From a virus: 32,000 nucleotides of DNA. Positions 7,657 to 16,462 of this stretch are shown here, piece by piece. The DNA lies in the IMG/VR virus record IMGVR_UViG_3300045988_065417, positions 1-32,000 of that record; one strand, 5' to 3'. Each line of letters opens with the position of its first letter. Position 1 is the stretch's first letter. The position numbers were made by a program, and so were the translations under genes. The notes under the pieces are model-generated. The model did not search any database. It had not been told where the DNA came from and worked only from the letters and a program-made list of their open reading frames with translations.

Positions 7657-8529
7657 CTATACCCCCGCCAGTACTTCTTCAAACCGTAGAAGTGCATCCA
7701 GGCTTCCGGGGTTTTCCTCTGCTGTATATTTCAGTACGTTTTCTCCTGGTTGAATCTGGAAAAACTCGGAATCGTAGTCTGTCATCCAGAAAATATTTTC
7801 TACTTCTCCGTTTCGTATCAAGTGGCAGTATTGCTCGTTTGCGAAAGTACTTATTTCTAGCACGTCACCTAAATTCATTTCTAGGTCTGCTACTTGTCCG
7901 AAGGCTATATGCTCCTGAGTAAACACGTTTAGAATTTTCGGATTCTTCACTTTTGCCTCCGCTTTCATAGTCAAAAGGAAGCCTGTGTTTATACTCCCCT
8001 TATAGTCGACTGTTACCAGTGGACTTAGAATTTTTTCTGATATTTTCCAGGGCTCTGTATTTGAAAAAGAGCGAGGAAATTTAAAGAGCGACCTCAATCT
8101 CTGGAAAGTCACCTTTGTTTCCTTTGCACGTCTTGCGTATGGGAATGGGGCTCTCAATACAATCTGGAATTTCTGCCAGGTTTCATTGAGTGTGATAATT
8201 GGCGTCGTTTTAGGTTCAACCTTCCAGTATACATCGACTCCGGCTCTTGTGTTGATATAACGAAGTGTTGCTGATACTCCAGGAAGGATTACCGCTAGAA
8301 GTCTTTTTCTAGTGTCTGCGTTGTATTTAAAGCGCCCCTCTAGGGTGATGTCCTTGGGCTCAATAGAAGCCCCGGACACCGTTGTCCCTATTTGATTTGA
8401 AACGCTTGATTCTGATAAAGTGATCTCATTTTTAGAGATTCCGTCTAGTGTTGTTAGTCGGATGCCTGAGGCCTCGGAAAACTCAACTGATTTCCCCAGG
8501 CTGTTTGTGTATATTACTGTTACGCCCAT
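7657..8529 (-). CDS. Distal tail protein (Dit, Sipho_tail-like)
   Basis: 290 aa. Overlaps the tape-measure stop. Canonical TMP-Dit-Tal order. Confidence 0.7.
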   Translation of the reverse strand: MGVTVIYTNSLGKSVEFSEASGIRLTTLDGISKNEITLSESSVSNQIGTTVSGASIEPKDITLEGRFKYNADTRKRLLAVILPGVSATLRYINTRAGVDVYWKVEPKTTPIITLNETWQKFQIVLRAPFPYARRAKETKVTFQRLRSLFKFPRSFSNTEPWKISEKILSPLVTVDYKGSINTGFLLTMKAEAKVKNPKILNVFTQEHIAFGQVADLEMNLGDVLEISTFANEQYCHLIRNGEVENIFWMTDYDSEFFQIQPGENVLKYTAEENPGSLDALLRFEEVLAGV

Positions 8530-11105
8530 GCTAACCTCCTAACCATTCTTTCTGTTTCTTGCGCAATTTCGCTAGGTCTTAGCTCCTTCGCTGAATTTAT
8601 AGTCTGATCTACTTGATAGACGACTGTATTGCCTAAGCTGCTTCCTAGGCCTCCAGGATTGCCTTCTAAAGCCAATCTTGAAGTTAGGCTGTCCATGTTA
8701 GCCGCTTCTAGTAAATCACTAGACATGCATCCCATAAAGGCCTTAGCCTTTGGCATAGCTCTTTCTACGCCTAGCGTGATTCCGGCCGGAATCCATTTAC
8801 CAATACGATCTGCGAACAGTCTTGAAGGCGACCCGATCCCTAAGGCACCTTTTACACCGTCAATAAGGCCCTTAGCCATGTTTCCAAGCCATCCAGTCAA
8901 TCCGCTCCATGCGTTGCTGATTCCTCGTTTAATTCCACCTACTATATCCGAGCCAATAGATAGCATCTGTCCCGGTATTTCCTTTACCTTGTTTACAATC
9001 CCGCTAAAGAAATTCTGTCCTGCTTGAATCGCTTGCTGTACAAACTGACTTGCAAAACTTGCGGCATTGCTGATCGTATTTGATAGCCATGTCCATACAT
9101 TACCGGGTAATTGTGAAATAAAGTTGATCGCATTTGATACAAAGTCACGCCCTGCCTGAATCGCTTTCTGGATCATCTGGCTTACCCATTCAGCTGTTTT
9201 GTTGATTGTGTTTAGTAGCCAAGTCCAGATCTGGCCTGGTAGCTGCTTAAACCAATCCACTACTTTCGATATAAACTGCGGAATGTCTTGCGTCGCGAAT
9301 TGTACAAGTCTTAAACCCCACTCTACGAACTTTCCTAGAATGTATCCTACGGCGTATCCGATCCAGTAAGGTATCGTTGATCCGAAAAACGTTTGAATGT
9401 TCGTCACAAGCGTTTGTACGCCGTTTGGAATGGTAATCGTAAAGAATTGAACTACTTGTGTAGCCAGGTTCTGTGCTGCTTCCACGAAACTTTGGCACGC
9501 CTCTGGAATTGTTACTGTAAAGAAGTTTACGATTCCATCTATGACTTGGCCTGTAGTTTCCTTTATGCCTTTCCATAGATTGATCCAGAATTCTCTGAAG
9601 CTGTCGCTGGTATTCCAAAGATATACGAAAGCCGCTACTAATGCTCCGATAGCTACGACCACCAGTGTGATAGGTCCACCGATTACTCCAAGAGCTGCGC
9701 TTAATCCAGAAAGTCCTCCGCCGGCTAGTGTAAAGGCTTCGGCCATACTTGCAATCACGCCTGTTCCTGATGATGCGGCGTAGGCTAGGCCATCAATCAA
9801 TCCAGAGCCTTGTGATACTAAATGTCCGAATGTCTTGATCTTCTTTCCAGCGTCACCGATTGTTTTCGCGATATTACTTACAGCTTTGATTCCTTCCCAG
9901 GCTGCAAAGGCTCCGGCTACGGCTGCAATTAAAGGCATTAGCTCCTGAATCTTATCTGCTACAGTTTGTACTTTGTCTATAATGTCTGGAAGCTTCTCGA
10001 TAAACGCTGCGACGAACTCTCCTACTTTTTCTACAAGAATCGGCAGAATATCTCTGATTCTTTCCAATCCGCTCTTTACAAAGTCTAGGGAATCATTAGA
10101 GTCTAGTTTCTGCGCGATAGTTTCTCGCACGCTGTTCCAGGCCTCTTGAATCTTCTCTGTTGCCGCTTTGATTGCTTCCGCTGTTGGCGCGAAAAAATCT
10201 TTCAGTGCGTTCAACGCTTTCGGTATTTCTTCTGCAATCCAATTTAATCCGTTTTTGATTACGGACCCGAAGTTTGCAATCATTTCTTGAATTGTTGGCA
10301 AGCTGTTATCCGCTAAAAAGTCATTGAACGCTGTAATGATGTTAGCTATACCGATTGCGATACGTGCTGACATATTTGAAAAGCTAGTTGCAAAACTTCC
10401 GGCCATTTCCTTAGATTTTCCAGCTACAGCTGGGAAGGATTCAGTTCCGTTTTCTAGTGCGTCCATCAAAACGTCATTAAATTCTTGCGCACTAATTTTT
10501 CCGGTAGAGAATGCGTCCGAAACTTCTCCCATGCTCTTCCCTGTCTTTTCTGCGAAAATCTTTAAAACGGGAATTCCTGCGTCAGTTAAACGTTGCCATT
10601 GATCTGCAGATATTTTTCCACTGGCGTTCATCTTTGCGATTGCATCTACTGTATTGGCCAGGGTTTCATTGGTTCCGTCTCCATAGAAGGAAACGGCATC
10701 CATCATGTCCTTTACCATTCGGGTAGATTTGTCTAAGCCTAATCCTGATGTGGCTAGCTTTTGAGTCGAACTCGAAGCGGTGTCTAATCCGTATGCCGTA
10801 TCGGATACCGCGTCACTTAGTTCATTTACAACCTTCGCAGCTTTTTTGCTGCTTCCTGCTAAAACTCCTATAACTTGTTTAGCTTTTTGCATGGCATCTA
10901 ATCGGGCGGTTGCTTTTCCGATTGATCCAGATATTAAGTCCCAACCTTTGCTGGCGGCTTTGAATACCGTTGCGCCTACGAAGGTTGACTTCACTTTGTC
11001 TGCGAAGCTTTCCGCACTTTTATGCGCTCCGCTAAGGCCGCTTTTGTATTCGCTGTCGTCAAGTCCTAATTTGACTTTAATTGTTCCATCAGCTCCTGAT
11101 GCCAT
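8520..11105 (-). CDS. Tail tape measure protein
   Basis: 861 aa, Ala/Gly/Ser-rich helical sequence with a central hydrophobic block and internal repeats (QLPGxxWTWL...QxAIQAG). Positioned after the chaperone pair. Confidence 0.9.
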   Translation of the reverse strand: MASGADGTIKVKLGLDDSEYKSGLSGAHKSAESFADKVKSTFVGATVFKAASKGWDLISGSIGKATARLDAMQKAKQVIGVLAGSSKKAAKVVNELSDAVSDTAYGLDTASSSTQKLATSGLGLDKSTRMVKDMMDAVSFYGDGTNETLANTVDAIAKMNASGKISADQWQRLTDAGIPVLKIFAEKTGKSMGEVSDAFSTGKISAQEFNDVLMDALENGTESFPAVAGKSKEMAGSFATSFSNMSARIAIGIANIITAFNDFLADNSLPTIQEMIANFGSVIKNGLNWIAEEIPKALNALKDFFAPTAEAIKAATEKIQEAWNSVRETIAQKLDSNDSLDFVKSGLERIRDILPILVEKVGEFVAAFIEKLPDIIDKVQTVADKIQELMPLIAAVAGAFAAWEGIKAVSNIAKTIGDAGKKIKTFGHLVSQGSGLIDGLAYAASSGTGVIASMAEAFTLAGGGLSGLSAALGVIGGPITLVVVAIGALVAAFVYLWNTSDSFREFWINLWKGIKETTGQVIDGIVNFFTVTIPEACQSFVEAAQNLATQVVQFFTITIPNGVQTLVTNIQTFFGSTIPYWIGYAVGYILGKFVEWGLRLVQFATQDIPQFISKVVDWFKQLPGQIWTWLLNTINKTAEWVSQMIQKAIQAGRDFVSNAINFISQLPGNVWTWLSNTISNAASFASQFVQQAIQAGQNFFSGIVNKVKEIPGQMLSIGSDIVGGIKRGISNAWSGLTGWLGNMAKGLIDGVKGALGIGSPSRLFADRIGKWIPAGITLGVERAMPKAKAFMGCMSSDLLEAANMDSLTSRLALEGNPGGLGSSLGNTVVYQVDQTINSAKELRPSEIAQETERMVRRLAWA

Positions 11106-11117
11106 TTTTTCAGCCTC

Positions 11118-11705
11118 CTAGATTTCTAATCTGGCCAGAAGTTCTGTTTCTATTTCTTGCGGTGTTCTTTCCTTTTCTGGTCCTTTGTCCTCAGGCAGGC
11201 GGTAATACTTTTCTAGGCGCTGCGCATGACTCTTCTCTTCCCCTTTTAGGTTTGAAGTGTCTCTGGTCCTGTATCCAATAACGCGTATGATCATGGTGTC
11301 GTCGCCTAGAGCATTAAAAAGCGCCTTGAATTCAAACCAATGAAGTTTAGCGTCTAAAAGGTTTATGTTGTATTGCTGTCTAAACGCTGCATATATAAGG
11401 TCCATATCGTATTCGAATCGATAGCCTTGTCGTCCGTTTGTCTTGGCATAAGATTCCTTAGGCTTTTTGTTGCAAAAATAAAAGCCCATTATCGCATCCC
11501 ATAGGTCTTTCTGATCACCTTTAAAAGCGAACGGATTGATTCCTATTAGATCACAAATAACGGGCAGCTTCAGCTCCTCTGGTATTGCGTTATCTTGTAT
11601 AACGCTGTCAACTCGGGCCCAGGTTCTAAAGTCTGTGAAAATGGGGAGAACCGTTCCGTTAACGTCTACGCTTTCCGGAAGGTCTTCTCTCTTTAGCCAC
11701 AGCAT
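11118..11705 (-). CDS. Tail assembly chaperone (phage Gp15-like)
   Basis: I prefer the ATG at 11705 (SD GGAGGT). Motifs LPIFTDFRTWARV and IYAAFRQQYNINL resemble the Gp15 family. Lies between tail tube and TMP. Confidence 0.65.
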   Translation of the reverse strand: MLWLKREDLPESVDVNGTVLPIFTDFRTWARVDSVIQDNAIPEELKLPVICDLIGINPFAFKGDQKDLWDAIMGFYFCNKKPKESYAKTNGRQGYRFEYDMDLIYAAFRQQYNINLLDAKLHWFEFKALFNALGDDTMIIRVIGYRTRDTSNLKGEEKSHAQRLEKYYRLPEDKGPEKERTPQEIETELLARLEI

Positions 11706-12120
11706 TTCTACCTCCATATCGTTTGTCTGCGTATTCTAATGTCCTGTTAAATTTGTCCATAGATTCGCAAAGCTTGTCGATTTTATCCAGATTCTTTTTT
11801 TCTTCTTCCGCGACTTTTGCCTGCTGATCCTTTAAAAATTCATCCTGGAAGATGCTGTGTAATGTGAAGCAAAGTTCAAACTGTGCCGAGCTTCCTTCGT
11901 ATCCTTTAAATAGAGTTTCAAAGGCTCCATCTCCTAGAATCTTATCAATCAAAGCAGGACAGTCCTCTAGTGATTCTTTTCCGAATTTGCTAAGTGCATT
12001 TTGTTCAGTTGCCCAATTTTCTAGGGCTTCGATCTTAGAAGTGTCCTTTACATCGACTCTGAATCTGTGTCCGTCGATTTCGATATCTTTAAATAATTGC
12101 TTTTGTAACTTTAGTTCCAT
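11659..12120 (-). CDS. Tail assembly chaperone (first of pair)
   Basis: 153 aa, acidic, between the major tail protein and the Gp15-like ORF. Its 3' end overlaps the next gene by 47 nt. Confidence 0.6.
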   Translation of the reverse strand: MELKLQKQLFKDIEIDGHRFRVDVKDTSKIEALENWATEQNALSKFGKESLEDCPALIDKILGDGAFETLFKGYEGSSAQFELCFTLHSIFQDEFLKDQQAKVAEEEKKNLDKIDKLCESMDKFNRTLEYADKRYGGRNAVAKERRPSGKRRR

Positions 12121-12147
12121 GATGTCCTCCTTATGTTGTTAAGTGCT

Positions 12148-12657
12148 TTACTCTTTGTCTCTGTCTGCGGTGAATATTTTCGTCTTAATGTTAAACGTTC
12201 CCTTTACCTGATCGCCTTGTTGTGCGAACGTTCCAGAGCACATTAGTTTGCCTCCAGCCTCTCCGCTTCCTGGGTTATCTGGTTGCACTTCGTAAACTCT
12301 TTGATAAGCTACAAAGTCCCCAGATTTGTCTACTTTCTCGTTCCATGTTTCCACTTCGATCTCTTCGAAAGTAGAACCGACTATCTGTTCTTTACCTTGC
12401 AAGTACACCCAATAGTTAAATGCGTCTCCTGGATACGCTCGGCCCTCGTAAGACACTGTAGGCGCATAGCCGGTAACCTGGCTTTGGCTTCCGGCCTCTC
12501 CGATATATTGCACCCCATCATCTGTTGTAGCGTTCAAGGCTTGCTCCCAGTTTGTCAATCCCTTGTTGGCTAGAACGTAGCTATCCGAGCCTGTGAATTT
12601 GACGTAATGTAGGTTGTCTTCGACCTTGAGTTCTCTGTTTGGTAGTTCTGATGCCAT
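12148..12657 (-). CDS. Major tail (tube) protein
   Basis: 169 aa. Assigned by position upstream of the chaperones and by size. Confidence 0.65.
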   Translation of the reverse strand: MASELPNRELKVEDNLHYVKFTGSDSYVLANKGLTNWEQALNATTDDGVQYIGEAGSQSQVTGYAPTVSYEGRAYPGDAFNYWVYLQGKEQIVGSTFEEIEVETWNEKVDKSGDFVAYQRVYEVQPDNPGSGEAGGKLMCSGTFAQQGDQVKGTFNIKTKIFTADRDKE

Positions 12658-13121
12658 TATTCAAACCTTCCTTTCTTTTCGTAGGTTAATGTCATAGAGC
12701 AGTAGAAAGTTGAAAGCGCGGCCTCTTCTCCCGTGTAGTCTGAAGGTAGCGTTGTGAGTGCGACATCTTGCGGTGTTGCTTCGTCTAGCACGAGATTTGG
12801 AAAACCTTGCGCCTCTTCTTCCGCGAGTGCCTGTACTATTGCATACAGGATTCTGGATAAGTCCAGACGTGCTTTCGTGTCCTTTCTGCTTGCTTGAATA
12901 TAAATTTCAAAAGGGTAAGTAGCTCTATAGCCACCACCCAGATAGTGTTCTATTTCTTCCGTGTAGCCACTACTTTTGAAAAGTAAGGCGGTGTGCTTGG
13001 ATTCGTTAAAATACTCCAGGCACCACGGTATGTTGTTGATATTGATTGAAGAAAAAAAGCTATACAATCCGTCCTCAATCTGTTTTACGTCTTCCAGCTT
13101 TATGATCTTCTTTTCACTCAT
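12657..13121 (-). CDS. Head-tail joining / tail completion protein
   Basis: 154 aa, overlapping starts and stops within the connector gene block. Synteny only. Confidence 0.55.
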   Translation of the reverse strand: MSEKKIIKLEDVKQIEDGLYSFFSSININNIPWCLEYFNESKHTALLFKSSGYTEEIEHYLGGGYRATYPFEIYIQASRKDTKARLDLSRILYAIVQALAEEEAQGFPNLVLDEATPQDVALTTLPSDYTGEEAALSTFYCSMTLTYEKKGRFE

Positions 13122-13537
13122 CTGAATTCCTCCTTAAAAAATTTTTTAGCGCCTTCCATCCAGGCATTCTTTCTTGCTTTCAAAGTTTTAGGCCACCACT
13201 CCGAACCTCCTTGTCTATAACTCAAATTTCGAGTTGTATAGACTTTTGTTTCTCCGTGTTTAGCCCATGGACTGTGGCTATGGGTTCCAATCATCACTCT
13301 TCCCGTATGTTGGAAGTGTGCATATGGCGTATCCCATACGATCCAATCGTTATCCTGTGCCGCCCATCTTAAAGCTGATGTTCTCAGTGTTCCTTTTCCG
13401 ATAGGCACGTTTTTGTTCGTGTCTTGAACGATAAGCTGCTTCAGCTTCAATCTAGACCGTCGGAGCGCTTTTGTTCCTCTGGCCTGTAGCTGTGCCACCG
13501 GGATATCAACTATAACTTTTAGATGATACTCACTCAC
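13118..13537 (-). CDS. Head-tail joining protein (minor capsid protein family-like)
   Basis: 139 aa. The motif NVPIGKGTLRTSA...VWDTPYAHFQHTG resembles the minor-capsid/HK97 gp10-like neck family. Confidence 0.6.
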   Translation of the reverse strand: MSEYHLKVIVDIPVAQLQARGTKALRRSRLKLKQLIVQDTNKNVPIGKGTLRTSALRWAAQDNDWIVWDTPYAHFQHTGRVMIGTHSHSPWAKHGETKVYTTRNLSYRQGGSEWWPKTLKARKNAWMEGAKKFFKEEFR

Positions 13538-13901
13538 ATGTTACCTCTATGAATTCCGGCGTATTTCTCAAGGGATTTAGAATATTCACATTTGTGATCT
13601 CGTAAATGTCGCCGTGTACTTCGATACGGTCCCCGGTTCTAATTGTGAATTGAGTGTCTGGCGTCTTAAATTCTGAAGGGGGAACTAGAACCTTGTCAGC
13701 CTTATAATCGTTCACGTCTATCGTTATGAGGATCGTATCTGAATTACTGGCGCCCGTCTGTCCATAAGTCCGGGCTTTTGTTTTGGAAACCTTTACGTGT
13801 TGGACCGTTACTGTTGACGTAATTTCTTCCAGGTTTTCTTCACCTAGAATGTTCATGACTTTTATTGTATGCGGCCTAAGCCATCTCGGGCTTTTCACCA
13901 A
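13530..13901 (-). CDS. Head-tail connector protein
   Basis: 123 aa, overlapping neighbours. Synteny only. Confidence 0.55.
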   Translation of the reverse strand: MVKSPRWLRPHTIKVMNILGEENLEEITSTVTVQHVKVSKTKARTYGQTGASNSDTILITIDVNDYKADKVLVPPSEFKTPDTQFTIRTGDRIEVHGDIYEITNVNILNPLRNTPEFIEVTCE

Positions 13902-14290
13902 ACCGCCTGGCAGGCTAGTCCTGCTTTGAGTAATTGGTAGTCGAGCTCTGATGCTGCTAGGCTTGATAAGGGTATGTCATGGAACCTTATCGTTTTAGCA
14001 TTATCTACGGAATACGAGAAACCGCTTGTGGTTGCGCCTGTGAAGTTCATATCGCTAGAACCTACAAAGCAGTCCATGCCGCCATGTGCTTCTATGAAGT
14101 CAATCTGGTATAGGACTACTTTTTTTAGGTCCATGCCGTAATCTTCCAAAGCCTGAACTTTCCAGTATGGAATATTCTCTCGAATGTAGGATTCTAGAAG
14201 ACTTTCGGTTCTTGGTTCTATTTGTGAGTACTCCACTTCATCCAGTAGCGTTCCACCTAAGGTTGTGTATTCCTCAAAGCTTAGGATCAT
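13895..14290 (-). CDS. Head-tail connector protein
   Basis: 131 aa, first gene after the major capsid. Synteny only. Confidence 0.55.
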   Translation of the reverse strand: MILSFEEYTTLGGTLLDEVEYSQIEPRTESLLESYIRENIPYWKVQALEDYGMDLKKVVLYQIDFIEAHGGMDCFVGSSDMNFTGATTSGFSYSVDNAKTIRFHDIPLSSLAASELDYQLLKAGLACQAVW

Positions 14291-14301
14291 GTTTTATCTC
14301 C

Positions 14302-15294
14302 TTATCCTGCAGTAGGAGCTACTTGTACATTACGGAATACACCGGCTTTAGTTGTATCTTTTGAAACGATAGAAGCAATCATTTCTACTTCTCCTTTTTT
14401 AACGGCTCCAGGTTCGCTTAAATTTGGCATATATTGACGAATGATTTTCTGCCCTTGCGGACTTACTGCGTGCACGGCATCCAATCCTAATTTTGCAGCG
14501 TAAATGCTTGTTGTTCCTGTTGTTTCGTCGATAGGTACGCACATCAAGGATTTAGTTCCATTGTAGTATTCTCCCATGTCAACGATTGCGATTCCGTCGT
14601 AGTTGTCTACGCCTTGGCCGAAGCTGTCCTCTGATCTTGTGTAGTATCCTTGCATTTTAGCGATTGTTTTTAAAACAGTAGCTGTCTTGCGGTTTACTAA
14701 TAAAGCGTCTGGTTTTACAGAGAATTCTGATAGCCAAGAATCCAATGCAAAAGTGAAGGCATCTGCGTTTTCTTTGATCTTTGCTGCTGTCGACAAATCA
14801 AAGGCTGCATCTGCGTTTTTCTCTTCTGTATTTGTTCCCTTTACTAATACATCCAAACCGTCAAAGCCTGAGTTATCTGTTGCAGCAGTTCCTTTGACTG
14901 TTGACTTTCCATTAATGAAGTCATAGTGGAATTTGTTCTTTACTGCAATGATTTTCTGAGCTAATTGGAATGCAATTTCTGAGCTTGCTGCTGTGTCTTC
15001 TAATACACGGTCTACTTCGTAAGCCCCACCAAAGATTTTTAAGTTTGTAGTTTTCTGAGTCTTTACAGCTTCTCCTGCTGTGTATTCGCTATTCAATTTA
15101 CGACCTTCAGCCACTGATGGTGTTTTTAATTGCAAACAGCCATAAGTTAATGTCGAGCCACCTGTTCCTGGTGATACCACATTATCGAAAGTTAAACGAT
15201 CCAAAATAAAAGAGTCCCTACGGAACTCATCAATGACCTGCTGGTCTACGTGATCGGCTAAACCGACTTTTGATTGCTCTAATGTAATTGGCAT
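14302..15294 (-). CDS. Major capsid protein
   Basis: 330 aa directly after the scaffold gene, with a strong SD. Size and position are typical. Confidence 0.8.
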   Translation of the reverse strand: MPITLEQSKVGLADHVDQQVIDEFRRDSFILDRLTFDNVVSPGTGGSTLTYGCLQLKTPSVAEGRKLNSEYTAGEAVKTQKTTNLKIFGGAYEVDRVLEDTAASSEIAFQLAQKIIAVKNKFHYDFINGKSTVKGTAATDNSGFDGLDVLVKGTNTEEKNADAAFDLSTAAKIKENADAFTFALDSWLSEFSVKPDALLVNRKTATVLKTIAKMQGYYTRSEDSFGQGVDNYDGIAIVDMGEYYNGTKSLMCVPIDETTGTTSIYAAKLGLDAVHAVSPQGQKIIRQYMPNLSEPGAVKKGEVEMIASIVSKDTTKAGVFRNVQVAPTAG

Positions 15295-15307
15295 CTTTTA
15301 GTTCCTC

Positions 15308-15871
15308 CTATTTTTTATAGTATTCTGAAATTGCGCCGGCTAGAGTTGTTGGTGCCTCTGGTTTCGGACTTCCTTCGTGATTTCCATCAAGCACGACGTC
15401 GTTCCCATTTTTTGGCTTGTTTGGCTCTGCCGCCTTAAATAAGAAGCTGTCTTCTTTCTTGATAGCTTCGATTTGTTCGTCAAGTCCTGTTAATTTTCCA
15501 TCTTTATCAAACTTGATCTTGTCTTTATCTAGTAATCCCATCAAGGCCTTTTCAGATAAGGTTCCAGATTTCGCGATAGCTAAACGAATTGCGCTGTCAC
15601 GTTTTGTTTCTTCCAAGTCATGATCGTATTTTGTTTTCCAGTCGTTGACGTCTTTTTGTAGTTGTTTTACGTCTACTCCGTCAAAATCCTTGACGCTTTG
15701 TGTAAGCTCTTGAATGCGCGTTTCTTTGGCTTGCATGTCACTCTCGTATTTTGCTTTCGAAACGTATTCTCCTGAGGCTAGGTTTGCTAATTTTACGGTT
15801 TTATTTCCTTCTAGCTTAGCTGCAACCTGTGCATACAATTCCTCACCTAAGATTTCTTTTAAAAACTCCAT
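15308..15871 (-). CDS. Scaffolding protein (phage GP20-like)
   Basis: 187 aa. The N-terminus MEFLKEILGEELYAQVAAKLEG...LANLASGEYVSKAKYE matches the GP20 pattern. Coiled-coil rich. Confidence 0.8.
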   Translation of the reverse strand: MEFLKEILGEELYAQVAAKLEGNKTVKLANLASGEYVSKAKYESDMQAKETRIQELTQSVKDFDGVDVKQLQKDVNDWKTKYDHDLEETKRDSAIRLAIAKSGTLSEKALMGLLDKDKIKFDKDGKLTGLDEQIEAIKKEDSFLFKAAEPNKPKNGNDVVLDGNHEGSPKPEAPTTLAGAISEYYKK

Positions 15872-15921
15872 TTTTGTCCTCCTGCGTTTTTTATATCTGG
15901 TTCACTCCAGTATCGAGTCCG

Positions 15922-15971
15922 GCCTTTTATATCCCGTGCCGAGGGGTATTCAAGCCTTTTATATGCCGTGC
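15922..15971. promoter_or_regulatory. Two 18-bp direct repeats GCCTTTTATAT(C/G)CCGTGC spaced 32 bp apart, upstream of the scaffold gene
   Basis: 15922-15939 and 15954-15971 differ at one base. A third TTTTATAT unit sits at 15889-15896. On the minus strand they read GCACGGNATATAAAAGGC. Confidence 0.5.
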
Positions 15972-15983
15972 TTAGGGCATAAT

Positions 15984-16009
15984 AAAAACCGCGCCATTCC
16001 TAGCACGGT
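15984..16009 (-). terminator. Intrinsic terminator after the YjcQ-like gene
   Basis: Minus strand ACCGTGC-taggaatg-GCGCGGT followed by TTTTT. Near-identical copy of 16373-16399. Confidence 0.7.
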
Positions 16010-16032
16010 TCTTGTCCTTATTTAGTTGTGTT

Positions 16033-16353
16033 CTATAGTACTTCCGCAATTCCTTTTGCAAGTCTTGCGGCTTTCTGCATCAAGCTGTTTTCTTCTAGGT
16101 ATTCTAGTCCCTTAAGGGTTATCCTGATACCCTCTAGCCCTTCAATGTTTGGTGTTTGGTCTCCTATGTATTGAATCACCTGGAATCCCTCAACGTATCT
16201 ATTTTTCAGTAGCATGCCTAGAAGTGCTTTTCTCTTTGGCTCTGTGATGTCTAGGTTATCCGCTGAAAGTCTTCGAATGTCTACTACCTCATAGTCCATT
16301 GATTTCTGCAGAGTTGATAGAATTTTGTATATCGTTCTGAAGTCTTCCGACAT
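16033..16353 (-). CDS. YjcQ-family winged-helix protein
   Basis: 106 aa. IYKILSTLQKSMD...ITLKGLEYLEENSLMQKA matches the YjcQ pattern (iT.kGieYLeENS). SD GGAGG. Confidence 0.7.
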   Translation of the reverse strand: MSEDFRTIYKILSTLQKSMDYEVVDIRRLSADNLDITEPKRKALLGMLLKNRYVEGFQVIQYIGDQTPNIEGLEGIRITLKGLEYLEENSLMQKAARLAKGIAEVL

Positions 16354-16372
16354 GTTCTGCCTCCTATCTACT

Positions 16373-16399
16373 AAAAAACCGCGCTATTTCTAGCACGGT
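16373..16399 (-). terminator. Intrinsic terminator after the MuF-like gene (paralogous copy)
   Basis: Minus strand ACCGTGC-tagaaata-GCGCGGT followed by TTTTTT. 24 of 26 positions match 15984-16009. Confidence 0.7.
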
Positions 16400-16462
16400 A
16401 GATAAGCCCACCCGGTGATGCTTACCCGGGGTCCCTTTTGGCCACTGCGGCGTGTGGACGCA

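Noticed and set aside
11659-11717. Canonical -1 programmed frameshift joining the two tail chaperone ORFs (G/GT type)
   Set aside because: The downstream ORF is in the +1 frame, not the -1 frame, relative to the upstream ORF. It is closed by a TAG only 6 codons upstream of its ATG at 11717 and has its own SD plus ATG (11705). I saw no slippery heptamer in the short overlap.
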